Below are positions 14,283 through 24,730 of a stretch of 64,000 bases of DNA, piece after piece (position 1 is the stretch's first letter; the number at the start of each line of letters is the position of its first letter). A program made the translations under genes and the position numbers. The notes beneath the pieces were generated by a model, which did not search any database, had not been told where the DNA came from, and was given only the letters and a program-made list of their open reading frames with translations. Source of the stretch: an uncultured Kiritimatiellota bacterium (GTDB lineage: Bacteria > Verrucomicrobiota > Kiritimatiellia > RFP12 > UBA1067); assembly GCA_934635045.1 (NCBI GenBank), contig CAKTZA010000003.1:13143-77142 (forward strand), in the 5' to 3' direction.

Positions 14283-17200
14283 ATGAGCAAGGACAACAAC
14301 ATCTTTGGATGCTTTTTCGACGTCAACAGGACAGGCTTGAGGACGAGCCTTCGTCCGAGCCAGCGGGCAAGTCTTGGGCGGTTGTTGTCATGGGTCCTGG
14401 CGGTTGCCCTTGTGGGCCTTGGCGGTGTCGCGCCGCGTGTGGCACGGGCGGCGGGGCCGATTGCCGAGCTCTACCCCACGCACCTGACGGTGCTGTCGGA
14501 CTTCGATGACGGCACGGCCGCGTCGGCCATCCTCGGCCTGAAGGCCCCGACCGGCAAATACGTCGTCGGCGCCGCGTCCGGACTGTTCGGCTCGTCCGCC
14601 CTCCTCGGCGGCGGATTCTCCTTCCCGCTCGACAAGGCGTCCGCGAAACGTCACTTCGACACGGCGAAGCCCGGCACCGTCCTCTTCTGGATCAAGCTCA
14701 CCGAAGGCTTCCCCGCCGACATCAAGGCCGACCCCGGCTGCACGCACTTTCACGCGATGTGGACGCCGACCAAGCGGATGCTCGTCTTCCGCCAGGACGG
14801 CAAGAGCTGCGGCGCAAGCGGCCAGGCCCCGATGAGCGTCTACTTCCACTGTCCGGCGGCGGACGGCAAGAACTACGCGATCCGCTCCGACATCGGGCCG
14901 AGTTTCCGCAACTGGAAAGTGGGGGAGTGGCATCTCGTCGCGGCGACGTGGCGGCCCGACGGCTTTGCGCTCTCCTACGACGGCGGCCCGTTCAAGTCCG
15001 TCATCTCCACCGAGCCGCTGGGGCCGGGCATCTGCAACATCGGCTTTTCCGTGCCGACGGCGGCGGGGACAGGCCCGGGCTCCTGCGCGATGGACGACTG
15101 CGCGGTGCTGGACTTCGCCCTGTCGGACGATCAGGTCCGGGAACTCTGGGACGAGTACCAGGCGCGGTTCAAGGAGTCGCCGCGCGTGGCGGACGACGTG
15201 CGGGTCGAGCTTGTTTCCTGCGCGGCGAAGGACGAGTCGCACTACGAGATCGCCGTCAAGGCGACGAATCCGTCCGCCAAGCCGGCGGAGATCGTCTTCG
15301 CCGCGACGGCGAAGCCCACGCATTCGCAGCCGGCGACGACGCGCGAGGCGGTCACGCTCAAGCCGGGGCAGACGAAGACGTTCTCGCTCGTCGGCCCGTG
15401 CCTGAACGGCGAGACGGTCGTGGCGGACTTCGGCGTGCGGACGGTTGCGGATCGGCGCACGCTTTTCCGTCGGCACCGGACGTTCGCGCCGAACGCGCCG
15501 GAGCCCGAATGGATGCGTGCGCCGTCCGCCGTCAGCTTCAAGTTCGCCTACTATCCCTACGCGAACACGATCCATGCGGCGGCCGACATCACGGGCTGCG
15601 AGGATTTCGCGAAGGCGAAGACGCTTCGGCTGTCGGTTTTCGCGAAGGGCGCGCAGAAGCCGCTCGCCACGAAGGACTTCGCGCCGTCCGCGAACGGCAA
15701 GAGCGAGTTCTTCTGGCGAGACCTGCCTGAACTCGACGGCGCCTACGTCTGCCGTTTCGAGGCGGTCGGCCTCGCGAACGCGACGGCGGAGCAGGCGTTC
15801 CTGCGCACGCGGTTCGACTGGGAACACAACGCGCTCGGCCTGTCGGACGCGATTCCGGAGCCTTTCAGGAAGGTGGAAAGGTGGAAGAGTGGAAAGGTGG
15901 AAAAGTGCGAGGGTGGAAGGGTGGAAGAGTGGAAGGGTGGAAGGGTGGAAGGGTGCGAGGGTGAGACGGTGCGCGTCGTCTTGCGCGATCATTTCGTCGA
16001 TCCGCAGACGGGCCTGTGGAAGCAGGTCGAGGCGGCCGGCAAGCCCGTCCTCGCCCGCCCCATGCGCCTCGCCCATCCCTCGTCCCCCGCAACCGATTCC
16101 CAAGCCCTCGCCGCGCAGACGACCTGGGACGTCGACGGCCTGATGGAATGGACGCTGACGCTGAAGCCGGGCCGCTGCGAGCCGCTGACGCTGGAGATCC
16201 CGCTCCGCGCGGAGCGCGCGCCGCTGATGCACACCTGCGTGGACGGGCTGCGGTCGAACTACGCGGGCAAGGTCCCGGCGGGCACGGGGCGCGTGTGGGC
16301 GAGTTCCGAGGCGCCGGGCCGTCAGCAGATCGTCGGCGACTACGTGCCGTACCTCTGGGTCGGCGGGCCGCTGCGCGGCCTCGCCGTCTTCGGCGAGAAC
16401 GACCGCGGCTGGGTGCTGGACGGGAAGCCCTGCCAGGAGATCGTCCGCGAGGCGGACGGCACGACGGTCATCCGTCTCAACCTCGTGCAGAAGCCCTGCG
16501 AGATCCGCTCGCCGCGCACGATCCGCCTCGGGTTCATGGCCACGCCGGTGAAGCCGATGGCGGCGGACTGGCGGTCGCGCGATCACGGCACCCTGCTCGG
16601 CGCGTGCTGGTACTGGGGCGGCGAGACGGCGTGCAACTCGATAGAGCCGTTCGACGGCACGGACGAGTATTTCCGCGTGATGAGCGAAGAGCGCCGCACG
16701 GGCCGGATGGACAAGGCCTACCTCGAACGCGCGGTCGCCGCGTTCCCCTACGCGGCGAAGCCGGGCACGGTCGCGTGGTCCAACGAGGTGAAGACGATCC
16801 GGGCGCACTTCAACAACGGGCTCAGCAACGCGGCGCGCGCGGGCTTGGCGGGGCGGCTCACGTTCTACACGAACGCGCGCGGCGTCCACTACGGCGACCC
16901 GAAGGGGCAGGGCGCGACGTTCTGCAACGAATGGAACCGCTTCGAGTACATGAGCCGCGACATCGCGCGCAAGACGCAGAAGGCGTACGACCTGCATCCG
17001 AATCCGAGCTACCGCGACTATGCGGCGTGGTGGTACGCGAAGATGCTCGCGACGGGCGCGTGCGACTACCTCTACTGGGACGACGTCTTCCTGAGCGGCA
17101 ACTTCAACCTGGTCCAGAGCGACGCCTACCGCCTGCCGGACGGGAGCATCCAGCCGGCGACCGGCGTCTTCGACCTGCGCGCGATGATCCGCCGCGCGGC

Positions 17201-17873
17201 CGTCCTGCAGACCGAGCTCGGCCGTGACGCGACGGGCAACTGGGTGCACATGACGAACACGGCGATCGCCCCGATCTGCTCGTTCGCCGGCGTCAACTAC
17301 GACTGGGAGGACATGACGGGAGACCGTCCGCATCAGGAGAAGTACCCGAAGGACTACATCCTCGCGTGCACGATCGGGCGGCAGTTCGGCAACCGCGTCG
17401 GCATCATGGGCTACTTCGTGCACGGGATGGACAACAGGAGCGAACGCGGCCAGTGGCTGCAGCGCACGGGCGCGGGCGTCATGCTGACGCACGAGCTTCG
17501 GTGGAACCGCTGGTCGGGGCACGACCTCTACGAGAAGGCGCACGGCTTCCTCTGCGACTGGGGCTACCGTACGCCGTCCGTCGACGTCTGGAACTACTGG
17601 GACGAGGACGTGCCGTTCCCCGTCGCCGTCTCGGGCGTGGACGCCGCGTCGATTGCGATGGCCAAGCGGGACGCGGGCGAGGCGATGGTCTGCGTGTCGT
17701 CCTTCGAGGGCCGCGACGGCGTCGTCACGCTTGTGCCGGACGCGCGGACGCTCGGCCTGAAGGACGGCTGGACGGCCGCGCACGCGCTCACGGGCGAGGC
17801 GGTCGCCGTCACGGACGGGCGGATCTCGCTCGACCTTCCGAAGTACGACTGGATCCTTCTGAAGCTCAAGTGA
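14283..17873 (+). CDS. Large secreted protein, paralog 1: LamG/concanavalin-like N-terminal region plus a conserved ~650-aa C-terminal module (possible DUF6067 / glycoside-hydrolase-like)
   Basis: The ORF track starts at 14253; ATG 14283 is preferred because of the promoter position. A hydrophobic signal-like segment LLSWVLAVALVGLGGVAP is present. The C-terminal two-thirds aligns by eye with ORF 24731..28060 (for example TTWDVDGLMEWTLTLKPG / TTWDVDGLMTWELTLPPG and GDYVPYLWVGGPLRGLAVFGENDRGWV / GDYLPYIWIGGPLRGIAVFGESDKGWV). The functional call is tentative. Confidence 0.7.
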   Translation: MSKDNNIFGCFFDVNRTGLRTSLRPSQRASLGRLLSWVLAVALVGLGGVAPRVARAAGPIAELYPTHLTVLSDFDDGTAASAILGLKAPTGKYVVGAASGLFGSSALLGGGFSFPLDKASAKRHFDTAKPGTVLFWIKLTEGFPADIKADPGCTHFHAMWTPTKRMLVFRQDGKSCGASGQAPMSVYFHCPAADGKNYAIRSDIGPSFRNWKVGEWHLVAATWRPDGFALSYDGGPFKSVISTEPLGPGICNIGFSVPTAAGTGPGSCAMDDCAVLDFALSDDQVRELWDEYQARFKESPRVADDVRVELVSCAAKDESHYEIAVKATNPSAKPAEIVFAATAKPTHSQPATTREAVTLKPGQTKTFSLVGPCLNGETVVADFGVRTVADRRTLFRRHRTFAPNAPEPEWMRAPSAVSFKFAYYPYANTIHAAADITGCEDFAKAKTLRLSVFAKGAQKPLATKDFAPSANGKSEFFWRDLPELDGAYVCRFEAVGLANATAEQAFLRTRFDWEHNALGLSDAIPEPFRKVERWKSGKVEKCEGGRVEEWKGGRVEGCEGETVRVVLRDHFVDPQTGLWKQVEAAGKPVLARPMRLAHPSSPATDSQALAAQTTWDVDGLMEWTLTLKPGRCEPLTLEIPLRAERAPLMHTCVDGLRSNYAGKVPAGTGRVWASSEAPGRQQIVGDYVPYLWVGGPLRGLAVFGENDRGWVLDGKPCQEIVREADGTTVIRLNLVQKPCEIRSPRTIRLGFMATPVKPMAADWRSRDHGTLLGACWYWGGETACNSIEPFDGTDEYFRVMSEERRTGRMDKAYLERAVAAFPYAAKPGTVAWSNEVKTIRAHFNNGLSNAARAGLAGRLTFYTNARGVHYGDPKGQGATFCNEWNRFEYMSRDIARKTQKAYDLHPNPSYRDYAAWWYAKMLATGACDYLYWDDVFLSGNFNLVQSDAYRLPDGSIQPATGVFDLRAMIRRAAVLQTELGRDATGNWVHMTNTAIAPICSFAGVNYDWEDMTGDRPHQEKYPKDYILACTIGRQFGNRVGIMGYFVHGMDNRSERGQWLQRTGAGVMLTHELRWNRWSGHDLYEKAHGFLCDWGYRTPSVDVWNYWDEDVPFPVAVSGVDAASIAMAKRDAGEAMVCVSSFEGRDGVVTLVPDARTLGLKDGWTAAHALTGEAVAVTDGRISLDLPKYDWILLKLK
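15868..15966 (+). repeat. Degenerate 9-nt tandem repeat (GGTGGAAGR)n, G3-tract rich, in frame
   Basis: ggaaggtggaaaggtggaagagtggaaaggtggaaaagtgcgagggtggaagggtggaagagtggaagggtggaagggtggaagggtgcgagggtgag encodes KVERWKSGKVEKCEGGRVEEWKGGRVEGCEGE. This segment is absent from the paralog at the same position. Confidence 0.85.
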
Positions 17874-17905
17874 AAGGCAAACTGGAAATCAAGGAGAAGC
17901 GCACC

Positions 17906-20900
17906 ATGAAAAGACACCTCATCGCGTTCCTGTCGGCGGCCCTTGCGGGCTTGCCGTCCATCGCCGCCGACTATGACGAGCGGCTCGAGTTCGTCGAATC
18001 GACGGGCACGCAGTGGATCGACACCGGCGTGAAGCTGAACTGGCGGCGATCCGAAATGCGGCTCGACTTCCGGGTGCTGGAGGCGCTGCCGGTCGTGGTC
18101 GGCCGGGGCGTGGCCATTGCGGGCGTGACGGGCGTCAAGGGCGCGTCCGACGGCTATGGGGCCAACGGCTCGCGCCGGAGTTTCGTCATGGGCCTCGGCC
18201 ATCCGTCCAACGGCGCGGGCAAGTACCAGATGTGGCCATACTTCACGGGCGGCACCGGCGGCGGCTACCGCTGGCCGGACAATGACGTCGGCACGGATGA
18301 CTACCAGATGACGTGGAACGTCTGCTCGGACTGGCACGTCAACCTCAGCGGCAACTATTACGGGCAGACCAACCGCTTCGCCCTTGTCAATGGGCGGTCG
18401 CGGGCGGGATTCTTCCATGGCTACCCGGATGAGGCGAGCGCGTACAGCTTCTACATCGGCGCGGCGAACAACGCGGGCGAAGGCCTCCTCACGCCAGAAG
18501 GGTCGCTTGCGAAGATCCACTGGTACGGCGTCCAGCTGTTCACGGACGGCGAACTCGTCGGCGACTTCATCCCCGTGAAGAAAGACGGCGTCGCGGGCTT
18601 CTTCGACAACGTCTCCCGCCGCTTCTTCGCGTCGCAGGGCGCGGACGCCTGGGTCGCGCCAACGGCGGTGACATGGACGGGCGGCGGCGCGACAGGCGAC
18701 TTCGCGGACGCGGCCAACTGGGGTGGGAGCGCGCCCACGACGTGTCACGAGGTGGCGGTCATTCCCGATGGCACGGAACTTGAAGGCACGGCCGAAAGTC
18801 TCGCGGCGGCGTTCAACGGCCTTGGCGGGGTGCGGCTGGACGGCGCGGACGCCCGCCTTTGCCTGAACGGCGTCTCGACGGCGACCTCGCTCTATTTCCC
18901 CGTCAGCGGCACGGGCGTCTATCGGCTGGAAAACGTGTCGTCCAGCACGGTTGCCCTCCATACGTACCAGTCGCTCTGGAACTTCTACGGCACGACGCAG
19001 GTCTCCAACGTCTACGTCTACGTCCGCCAGCCGTCGGCGCTGGGCCTTCGGGGGCGCAGCGCGGCCGACGTCTCTCTCGGCGGCGGCGAGCAGCGGCTCT
19101 CCCTGTATGGCGGCGGCACGTACGCGGCGATCGCCTTCCGCAGGCACGGGCAGTTCGGCTACATCGCCGACGAGTTCGAGAACTTCGACCTTTCCGCCTG
19201 GTCGTTCCCCGAAAGCAGCGTCAATTTCCACGGCAACGGACGTGCCACGTGGCACGTCTGCGGCCCGCTCGTCGGCCGGTCGGACGCGCCGAACGCCTTC
19301 TACCCGTATTCCATGTCAACGTGCATCCTGGAGGGCGAGGCGAAGAGCCTGAACCTCACGCAGCTGCAGGCCGACTGCGGGACGCTCGCCGTCAATGGCC
19401 CCGTCCGCGCGACGGCGCGGGCGAAAGACGGGGCGGGCGCCGGGCAGGAGCAGGCGAACATCCGCGTCGGCGCCGGGCGAAACCTGTCCTTCGGATACGC
19501 GAATGCGCTCGACATGAACTGCTTCGTGCAGGTCGGCTACCCGAAGGGGCCCGCCGACCTGGAGGCGAACGTCATCGACCTCGGCGGCACGGACCAGCGG
19601 CTCGGCACGCTCGGCGTCTGGGCGGGGTCGTTCGATGGCACGACGACCTGGAACCCCAACCTCGTGCTGAAGTCGGACGCGCCCGCGACGCTGACCGTGT
19701 ACGGACAGCTGCGCACGGCGACGGACGACACGAGCCGCCACGTCTTCCCCGGCGTCGTCTCGGGCGCGGCGTCCGTCGCGCTTGACTCGCGCCCGGAGGT
19801 GATGGCCGAGGCGTGGGGCTGGCCGGACGCGAACGTGCCGGGCGGCATCCGCTTCAACTGTCCCGGCAGCGACACGTCGGGGACGCTCTCGTCCGCGCGC
19901 GGCACGCTGGAGGTCATGGCGACGGCCAGCTTTCCGAACCTCTCCGGCGTCGTCGCGTCGGGCACGGGGGTCGTCCGGCTCTCGACGGCGGAGGTCGGCA
20001 GCGCGAACGCGAACTTCACGGTGGCGATCCGGGACGCGACGGCGCGGCTGGCGCTCGCCGACGGCGTCACGCTCGCCTGCAACACGTGCGAGCTGCCGGG
20101 CGGCGCGGCGCTCTCGCCAGGGCGCTACAGCGCGACGGGCGCGGACGGCACGACGGCGTGCTCCTTCCTTTCGGGCGGCGGCGTCCTGGAGGTGAAGAAC
20201 GCGCACTGGACGGGCTGGCCGGCGGCGGGCGCCGCCAGCCGGGTCGAGATTCCGCAGGGCACGGCGGTGACGATCACGGACGCGGACATCGCGAACGTCG
20301 AGGCGCTGGACGAGATCGCCTGCCAGGACGGCGTGACGATCTCGATCGAGACGACGGCCGCGCTCGACCTGAAGGCGAAGCTCTCCGGCCCGGTCACGGT
20401 GACGGCGGCCGGCGCGGGGCCGCTCACGCTCGCGGGCGACAATGCGGGAATCGTCGCGCCCGGCCATTTCGAGCTGACGGATCTCGCGGGCGGCCTCACC
20501 GTCGCGCATTTCAACGCCCTTGGCGGCGCGGACACGGCGACGGCCGTCCTGACGCAGACGCGCGGCGCGCTCGACTGGCTCACGTTCGCGGCGACGGACG
20601 GCGTCTTCACGAACAGGGCGCCCTTGAGGCTCGTCCATCCCGGCGGCAGCGCGAACGCGGTCACGCTGGGCGCAGCGAACGAGGGGGAGACGCTCGTCTT
20701 CGCGAACGGCCTTGAGATTGCCGTGGCGGGGAGCGGCGAGAACTACTGGAAGGCCCGCAACGGCGTGCAGGTCATCCACGGCACGTTCAAGATGAGCGGC
20801 CACGTGCGCATCGCGAACGCGGACGGCGGGAAAGCGCGCATTGCCCTTCTCGGCGACGCGGAGGCGGATCTCGGCCGCGGGGGCGCCGCCATCATCTACG

Positions 20901-22984
20901 TCTCGAAGGGCTTTACCTTCGGCGGAAAGGGCGTCTGGGCGGCGAACGGGGTCTCGACCGACGCGGCGCGCGAGGTCATGTTCGCGAAGGCGAACTGCCT
21001 GGGGCCGGACTGCGTCCTCTCCTCCTACGTCAACGGAAGCGGCGTGCATTACGACTTCTGCGGCTTCAGCCAGGAAATCGGTCGCCTGCGCCACGCGAAC
21101 GCGGGCACGGACAGGCCGCAGCTGACGTCGGCGGCGCCGGCGACGCTGAAGGCGGTCGGGACGGTGGCGGCGACGGAGAGCGTGCGCTACGCCTTCACGG
21201 GCGCGCTCGGCTACTGGCACGACACGGTTCAGGACCTGACGCTGACGGCTCCTTCCGCCTCGACCGGGGCGCTCACGGTCTCGAAGGGCTCGGTCACGCT
21301 GGCCGACGCGGCGAGCTGGGCGGGCGAGGCGGTGACGGTCATGGCCGGCGGCGCGCTCGCCTGCGCGTCGCCCGATTCGCTCGCGACCGGGCATCATGCC
21401 CTCACGGTCGAGCGTGGCGGCGCGCTGACGATCGCCTCGGGCGTCACGCTCAAGGTCAAGACGGCGACCCTGGGCGGCGTCACGCTTGAGCCGAGCACGG
21501 TCTACGCGGTCGAGCAGCTGCAGGCGCTCGGTACGGGCGTGACGCTCGCGGGCGGCGGCGCGATCCAGACGGGCGCGAAGTCCGTCACGGGCGACTGGAC
21601 GGGCTGGCCGGACGCCGGGACGGCGACGGAGGCGCAGGTCCCGGACGGCGTCACGGCGGAAGTGACGGACGCGGACCTTGACAGGCTCGCGGCCCTGGAG
21701 ACGGTGACGTGCGGCGCGGACTCGAAGGTCGTCTTCCGGACGACGCGCAAGGACATTCGCCTGGCGGCGAAGTTCACGGGCGGCGCGTCCGTCGAGGTGT
21801 TCACGGACGGGGCGACGGTCGTCCTCGACGGCGACAATTCGGGTCTCGTCAGCCCCGGCGGCTTCGTCTTCTCGAACACGACGGTCATCGTCTCGAACCG
21901 CTACGGCCTCGGCTCCGTCCGCACGGCGCCGGCGACGTTTACGCCGGCACAGCCGTTTGCCGCCAACCAGAGCCGCCTGTTCTTCGACGGGCCGGCGGCG
22001 GTGACGAACGACTGCGCGCTCCTGTTCGATTACGGCTGCCGGGTCGGGCACCGCGACCCGTCCGTCCGCTTCGTGCAGGCGAACGACGTCACCCAGCGGC
22101 ACGGGCTGTCGGCCTCCTCTCGGCGGTTCGCGGTCACGAACGACCTGACGCTCGCCGCCGGCTCTCGCATGGACCTTGGGCAGGGCGGCACGGACCTCCT
22201 GGACGGCGCGCGGTTCCGCATCGAGGACGGCGCGACCTTCCGGGCCGAGGGCAGCTATGGCGCGGGCACCTGCTACATCGCCGGCGACTGCGCGGGGCGC
22301 TTCGTCGTCGAGCAGTCGATGAAAGCCTTCGTGTTCGAGCGGGCGAACGTCTGCGACGGCATCGCCGAGCTGCGCTACCTGGACGCGAGCTACGGCCGCT
22401 TCGCCGTCGACCTCAACGGCCACGACCAGGCACTGCCCTGCCTCGTCGGGAATTTCTACTGGAACGCGAACCAGCAGACGCTGACGGTGACGAGCGCCGT
22501 GCCGGCGACGCTGACGCTCTCGGGCGCCGGGACGTCGGGAGGCCGCGGCGTGGCGGCCCGCTTCCTCGGACAGGTCTCGCTCGCGAAGCACGGGGCCTAC
22601 ACGCAGACGGTCGGGTGCGCGGTCTCGACGGCGACGGGCACGCTGACGGTGGACGGCGGCACGCTCGCGTTCGCGCGCGGCGCGGCCTGGACAGGCGGCG
22701 ACATCACGGTCAACGGCGGCGAGATCCTCGTGCGGGCGGATTCGGTCGACGGCGCATTCGGCAGCGGACGCAAGGGCTCGCCCAGCCTCTTCCTCAATGG
22801 CGCCGGGCGCCTGAACCTGCCGGAGGCGGGCGACGCGCCGCTGAAGGTGCGGATGGTCTCGCGCGACGGCGTGCTGCAGGAGCGCGGCGACTATTCGGCG
22901 GCGAACTGTGACTGGATCGTCGGCGCGGGCACGGTGCGCGTCGTGCGCGGCGTGCCGAAGGGGCTTATCTACCTGATTCGGTAA
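17906..22984 (+). CDS. Giant (1692 aa) secreted beta-helix-type protein with a lectin-like N-domain and autotransporter-associated beta-strand (PATR)-type repeats; no beta-barrel seen
   Basis: AAGGAG lies 9 nt upstream of ATG 17906. The ORF-track start 17366 overlaps the previous gene and was rejected. Signal peptide MKRHLIAFLSAALAGLPSIAA. N-domain LEFVESTGTQWIDTG...FIPVKKDGVAGFFDNV. PATR-like motifs include VTWTGGGATGDFADAANWGG and HWTGWPAAG / DWTGWPDAG. Confidence 0.8.
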   Translation: MKRHLIAFLSAALAGLPSIAADYDERLEFVESTGTQWIDTGVKLNWRRSEMRLDFRVLEALPVVVGRGVAIAGVTGVKGASDGYGANGSRRSFVMGLGHPSNGAGKYQMWPYFTGGTGGGYRWPDNDVGTDDYQMTWNVCSDWHVNLSGNYYGQTNRFALVNGRSRAGFFHGYPDEASAYSFYIGAANNAGEGLLTPEGSLAKIHWYGVQLFTDGELVGDFIPVKKDGVAGFFDNVSRRFFASQGADAWVAPTAVTWTGGGATGDFADAANWGGSAPTTCHEVAVIPDGTELEGTAESLAAAFNGLGGVRLDGADARLCLNGVSTATSLYFPVSGTGVYRLENVSSSTVALHTYQSLWNFYGTTQVSNVYVYVRQPSALGLRGRSAADVSLGGGEQRLSLYGGGTYAAIAFRRHGQFGYIADEFENFDLSAWSFPESSVNFHGNGRATWHVCGPLVGRSDAPNAFYPYSMSTCILEGEAKSLNLTQLQADCGTLAVNGPVRATARAKDGAGAGQEQANIRVGAGRNLSFGYANALDMNCFVQVGYPKGPADLEANVIDLGGTDQRLGTLGVWAGSFDGTTTWNPNLVLKSDAPATLTVYGQLRTATDDTSRHVFPGVVSGAASVALDSRPEVMAEAWGWPDANVPGGIRFNCPGSDTSGTLSSARGTLEVMATASFPNLSGVVASGTGVVRLSTAEVGSANANFTVAIRDATARLALADGVTLACNTCELPGGAALSPGRYSATGADGTTACSFLSGGGVLEVKNAHWTGWPAAGAASRVEIPQGTAVTITDADIANVEALDEIACQDGVTISIETTAALDLKAKLSGPVTVTAAGAGPLTLAGDNAGIVAPGHFELTDLAGGLTVAHFNALGGADTATAVLTQTRGALDWLTFAATDGVFTNRAPLRLVHPGGSANAVTLGAANEGETLVFANGLEIAVAGSGENYWKARNGVQVIHGTFKMSGHVRIANADGGKARIALLGDAEADLGRGGAAIIYVSKGFTFGGKGVWAANGVSTDAAREVMFAKANCLGPDCVLSSYVNGSGVHYDFCGFSQEIGRLRHANAGTDRPQLTSAAPATLKAVGTVAATESVRYAFTGALGYWHDTVQDLTLTAPSASTGALTVSKGSVTLADAASWAGEAVTVMAGGALACASPDSLATGHHALTVERGGALTIASGVTLKVKTATLGGVTLEPSTVYAVEQLQALGTGVTLAGGGAIQTGAKSVTGDWTGWPDAGTATEAQVPDGVTAEVTDADLDRLAALETVTCGADSKVVFRTTRKDIRLAAKFTGGASVEVFTDGATVVLDGDNSGLVSPGGFVFSNTTVIVSNRYGLGSVRTAPATFTPAQPFAANQSRLFFDGPAAVTNDCALLFDYGCRVGHRDPSVRFVQANDVTQRHGLSASSRRFAVTNDLTLAAGSRMDLGQGGTDLLDGARFRIEDGATFRAEGSYGAGTCYIAGDCAGRFVVEQSMKAFVFERANVCDGIAELRYLDASYGRFAVDLNGHDQALPCLVGNFYWNANQQTLTVTSAVPATLTLSGAGTSGGRGVAARFLGQVSLAKHGAYTQTVGCAVSTATGTLTVDGGTLAFARGAAWTGGDITVNGGEILVRADSVDGAFGSGRKGSPSLFLNGAGRLNLPEAGDAPLKVRMVSRDGVLQERGDYSAANCDWIVGAGTVRVVRGVPKGLIYLIR

Positions 22985-23007
22985 ACGAGGAGAAAGGAGT
23001 TCATCCG

Positions 23008-24690
23008 ATGTCTGTACGCAACATCCTGTGCCGTGTCCTGCTGGCGGTGAGCGCGGCGGCGGTTTCTGCCGCCGACGCCGACGAGGCGCGGTCGTTCTTC
23101 CGTCCGGGCGACATCTGGGTGCTGTCGGGCGACTCGATCACCTTCATCGACCTCTACCGCCAGACGGTCGAGGATGCGCTTGACCACTTTCATCCCGGTC
23201 ATGGCATTCGGGTCGTCAACACGGGGGTCTGGGGACAGCTCGCGAAGGAGGCGGCCGGCAAGGGCCTTGCGCTCAAGCCGTCGGTCGTCACGATCCTCCT
23301 CGGCATGAACAACGTCATTCACGCGGACTACGACGCGGCGAGCGACTTCACGCGCGGGGCGGAGGCCTACGTCGCGCAGCTGCGGCGGCAGGTGCGCCAG
23401 TACCGGTCGGTCGGCGCGGCGGTCGTCCTGCTGGAGCCGACGCTCACGGACGAGCGCGAGAACTCCTATTTCGGGCCGTCGCCCGAGACGCGGCGCGGCC
23501 TCGCCGCCTATGGCGCGGCGCTGCGGCGGCTCGCGGACGAGGAGCAGTGCTTCTTCGTCCCGCTCGCCGCCGAGTTCGAGCGCGCGAAGCGCCGGCTCAG
23601 GCCGCTGCAGAACTTCATCACGGACGGCGTGCATCCCTACGGCTGGGGGCAGTACGAGATCGCCCGCTCGCTCATTCACCACCTGAACGTGTCCGCCCCG
23701 TTTCCGGCGGACGGCGAGCCGCGCGGGTTCAGCGCGGCGGACTTGCCGGAACGCGACTTCGCCTTTTCCGCCGCGCGGCGCTTCGCGGCGGCGAAGGACG
23801 AGCCGCCCGCGCTGACGGTCGCCGCGCCGAAGCCGTGTCGGGCGACGCTCGTGTGGAGCGTGGAAGGCTCGGCGCTGCGCGGCGAGCAGGAGGTCGTCTT
23901 TGCGGACGCGCCGCTCACGGTGACGCTGCCCGTTCCGGCGGCGGGCCTGCCCGCGCGTCCCGGCTGCATTTCGCGCCTCCTCGTCTCGGTGACGCCGGAG
24001 GGGGAGCGTCCGCGCCTCGCGGTCGTCGATTGCGCGCGCGTGGTCGTCCACGACCTGACGAAAGGGGTGGCGCGCGGCGAGGTGCGCACGGCGGCGGCGC
24101 GTCCCGAGGGACCGCTCGTCAGCACGTGGGAAGTGCGCGAGGACGGCCCGGATCTCTGGTTCGAGGGCCGGATGTTCGCGTCGAGCTTTCCGGCGCGCCC
24201 GAAGCCGCCGGCTGACACGTGGATGAACTCGTCCGGCATGAACGGCGTCATGATGATGCTCGACCTGCGGCCGGCGGACCGGTTTGCGGACAACAACTTC
24301 GACCGCGACATGCACATGGTCTGCTTCTCGGTCCTGGAGCGGCCGTGGGCGGTGCTGCCGCTCGCGTGGGAGGGGCGGCGGCTCGCGAACTGCCTCTACG
24401 GCGGGGCGGAGCGGACGCCGGACGGCTACGTCTGGCGAATCGGCGTGCGCGGGTCGCTGGTCGACTATCGGCGGTTCGACGTGCGGAAGCTTGACCACTT
24501 CGGCGCGAACCTCATCTTCAACGATGCGGACGAGAAGGGCGTGATCGGGCGGTTCCCGGCGATGCCGTACCCGGATCTCGACGTCCTGACGCCGGAGCGC
24601 CGCCTGAACCAGACGATGATCTTCGACCGTACGGGCGACGTGCCGCAGGTCGGCGGCGAGACGACGAACGTGGGCGCGTATGCGCTGTGA
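23008..24690 (+). CDS. Secreted SGNH/GDSL-family hydrolase (esterase) with a C-terminal carbohydrate-binding-like domain
   Basis: AAAGGAG RBS and a signal peptide. Block I VLSGDSIT, block III ILLGMNN, block V DGVHPYGWGQ. Confidence 0.75.
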   Translation: MSVRNILCRVLLAVSAAAVSAADADEARSFFRPGDIWVLSGDSITFIDLYRQTVEDALDHFHPGHGIRVVNTGVWGQLAKEAAGKGLALKPSVVTILLGMNNVIHADYDAASDFTRGAEAYVAQLRRQVRQYRSVGAAVVLLEPTLTDERENSYFGPSPETRRGLAAYGAALRRLADEEQCFFVPLAAEFERAKRRLRPLQNFITDGVHPYGWGQYEIARSLIHHLNVSAPFPADGEPRGFSAADLPERDFAFSAARRFAAAKDEPPALTVAAPKPCRATLVWSVEGSALRGEQEVVFADAPLTVTLPVPAAGLPARPGCISRLLVSVTPEGERPRLAVVDCARVVVHDLTKGVARGEVRTAAARPEGPLVSTWEVREDGPDLWFEGRMFASSFPARPKPPADTWMNSSGMNGVMMMLDLRPADRFADNNFDRDMHMVCFSVLERPWAVLPLAWEGRRLANCLYGGAERTPDGYVWRIGVRGSLVDYRRFDVRKLDHFGANLIFNDADEKGVIGRFPAMPYPDLDVLTPERRLNQTMIFDRTGDVPQVGGETTNVGAYAL

Positions 24691-24730
24691 GCCCAAAATG
24701 AACGATGTCAACAAAGGAAAGAAAGCGAAC

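Noticed and set aside
15868-15966. CRISPR array (also considered for 40175..40268, 2161..2231 and 60193..60219)
   Set aside because: The units are 7-21 nt and directly tandem with no unique spacers. They lie in frame inside ORFs, and no cas genes are present.
17366-17905. 5' extension of the giant ORF (track start 17366)
   Set aside because: The extension overlaps the 3' end of the upstream gene in another frame and is Arg-rich noise. ATG 17906 has an AAGGAG RBS and begins a clean signal peptide.
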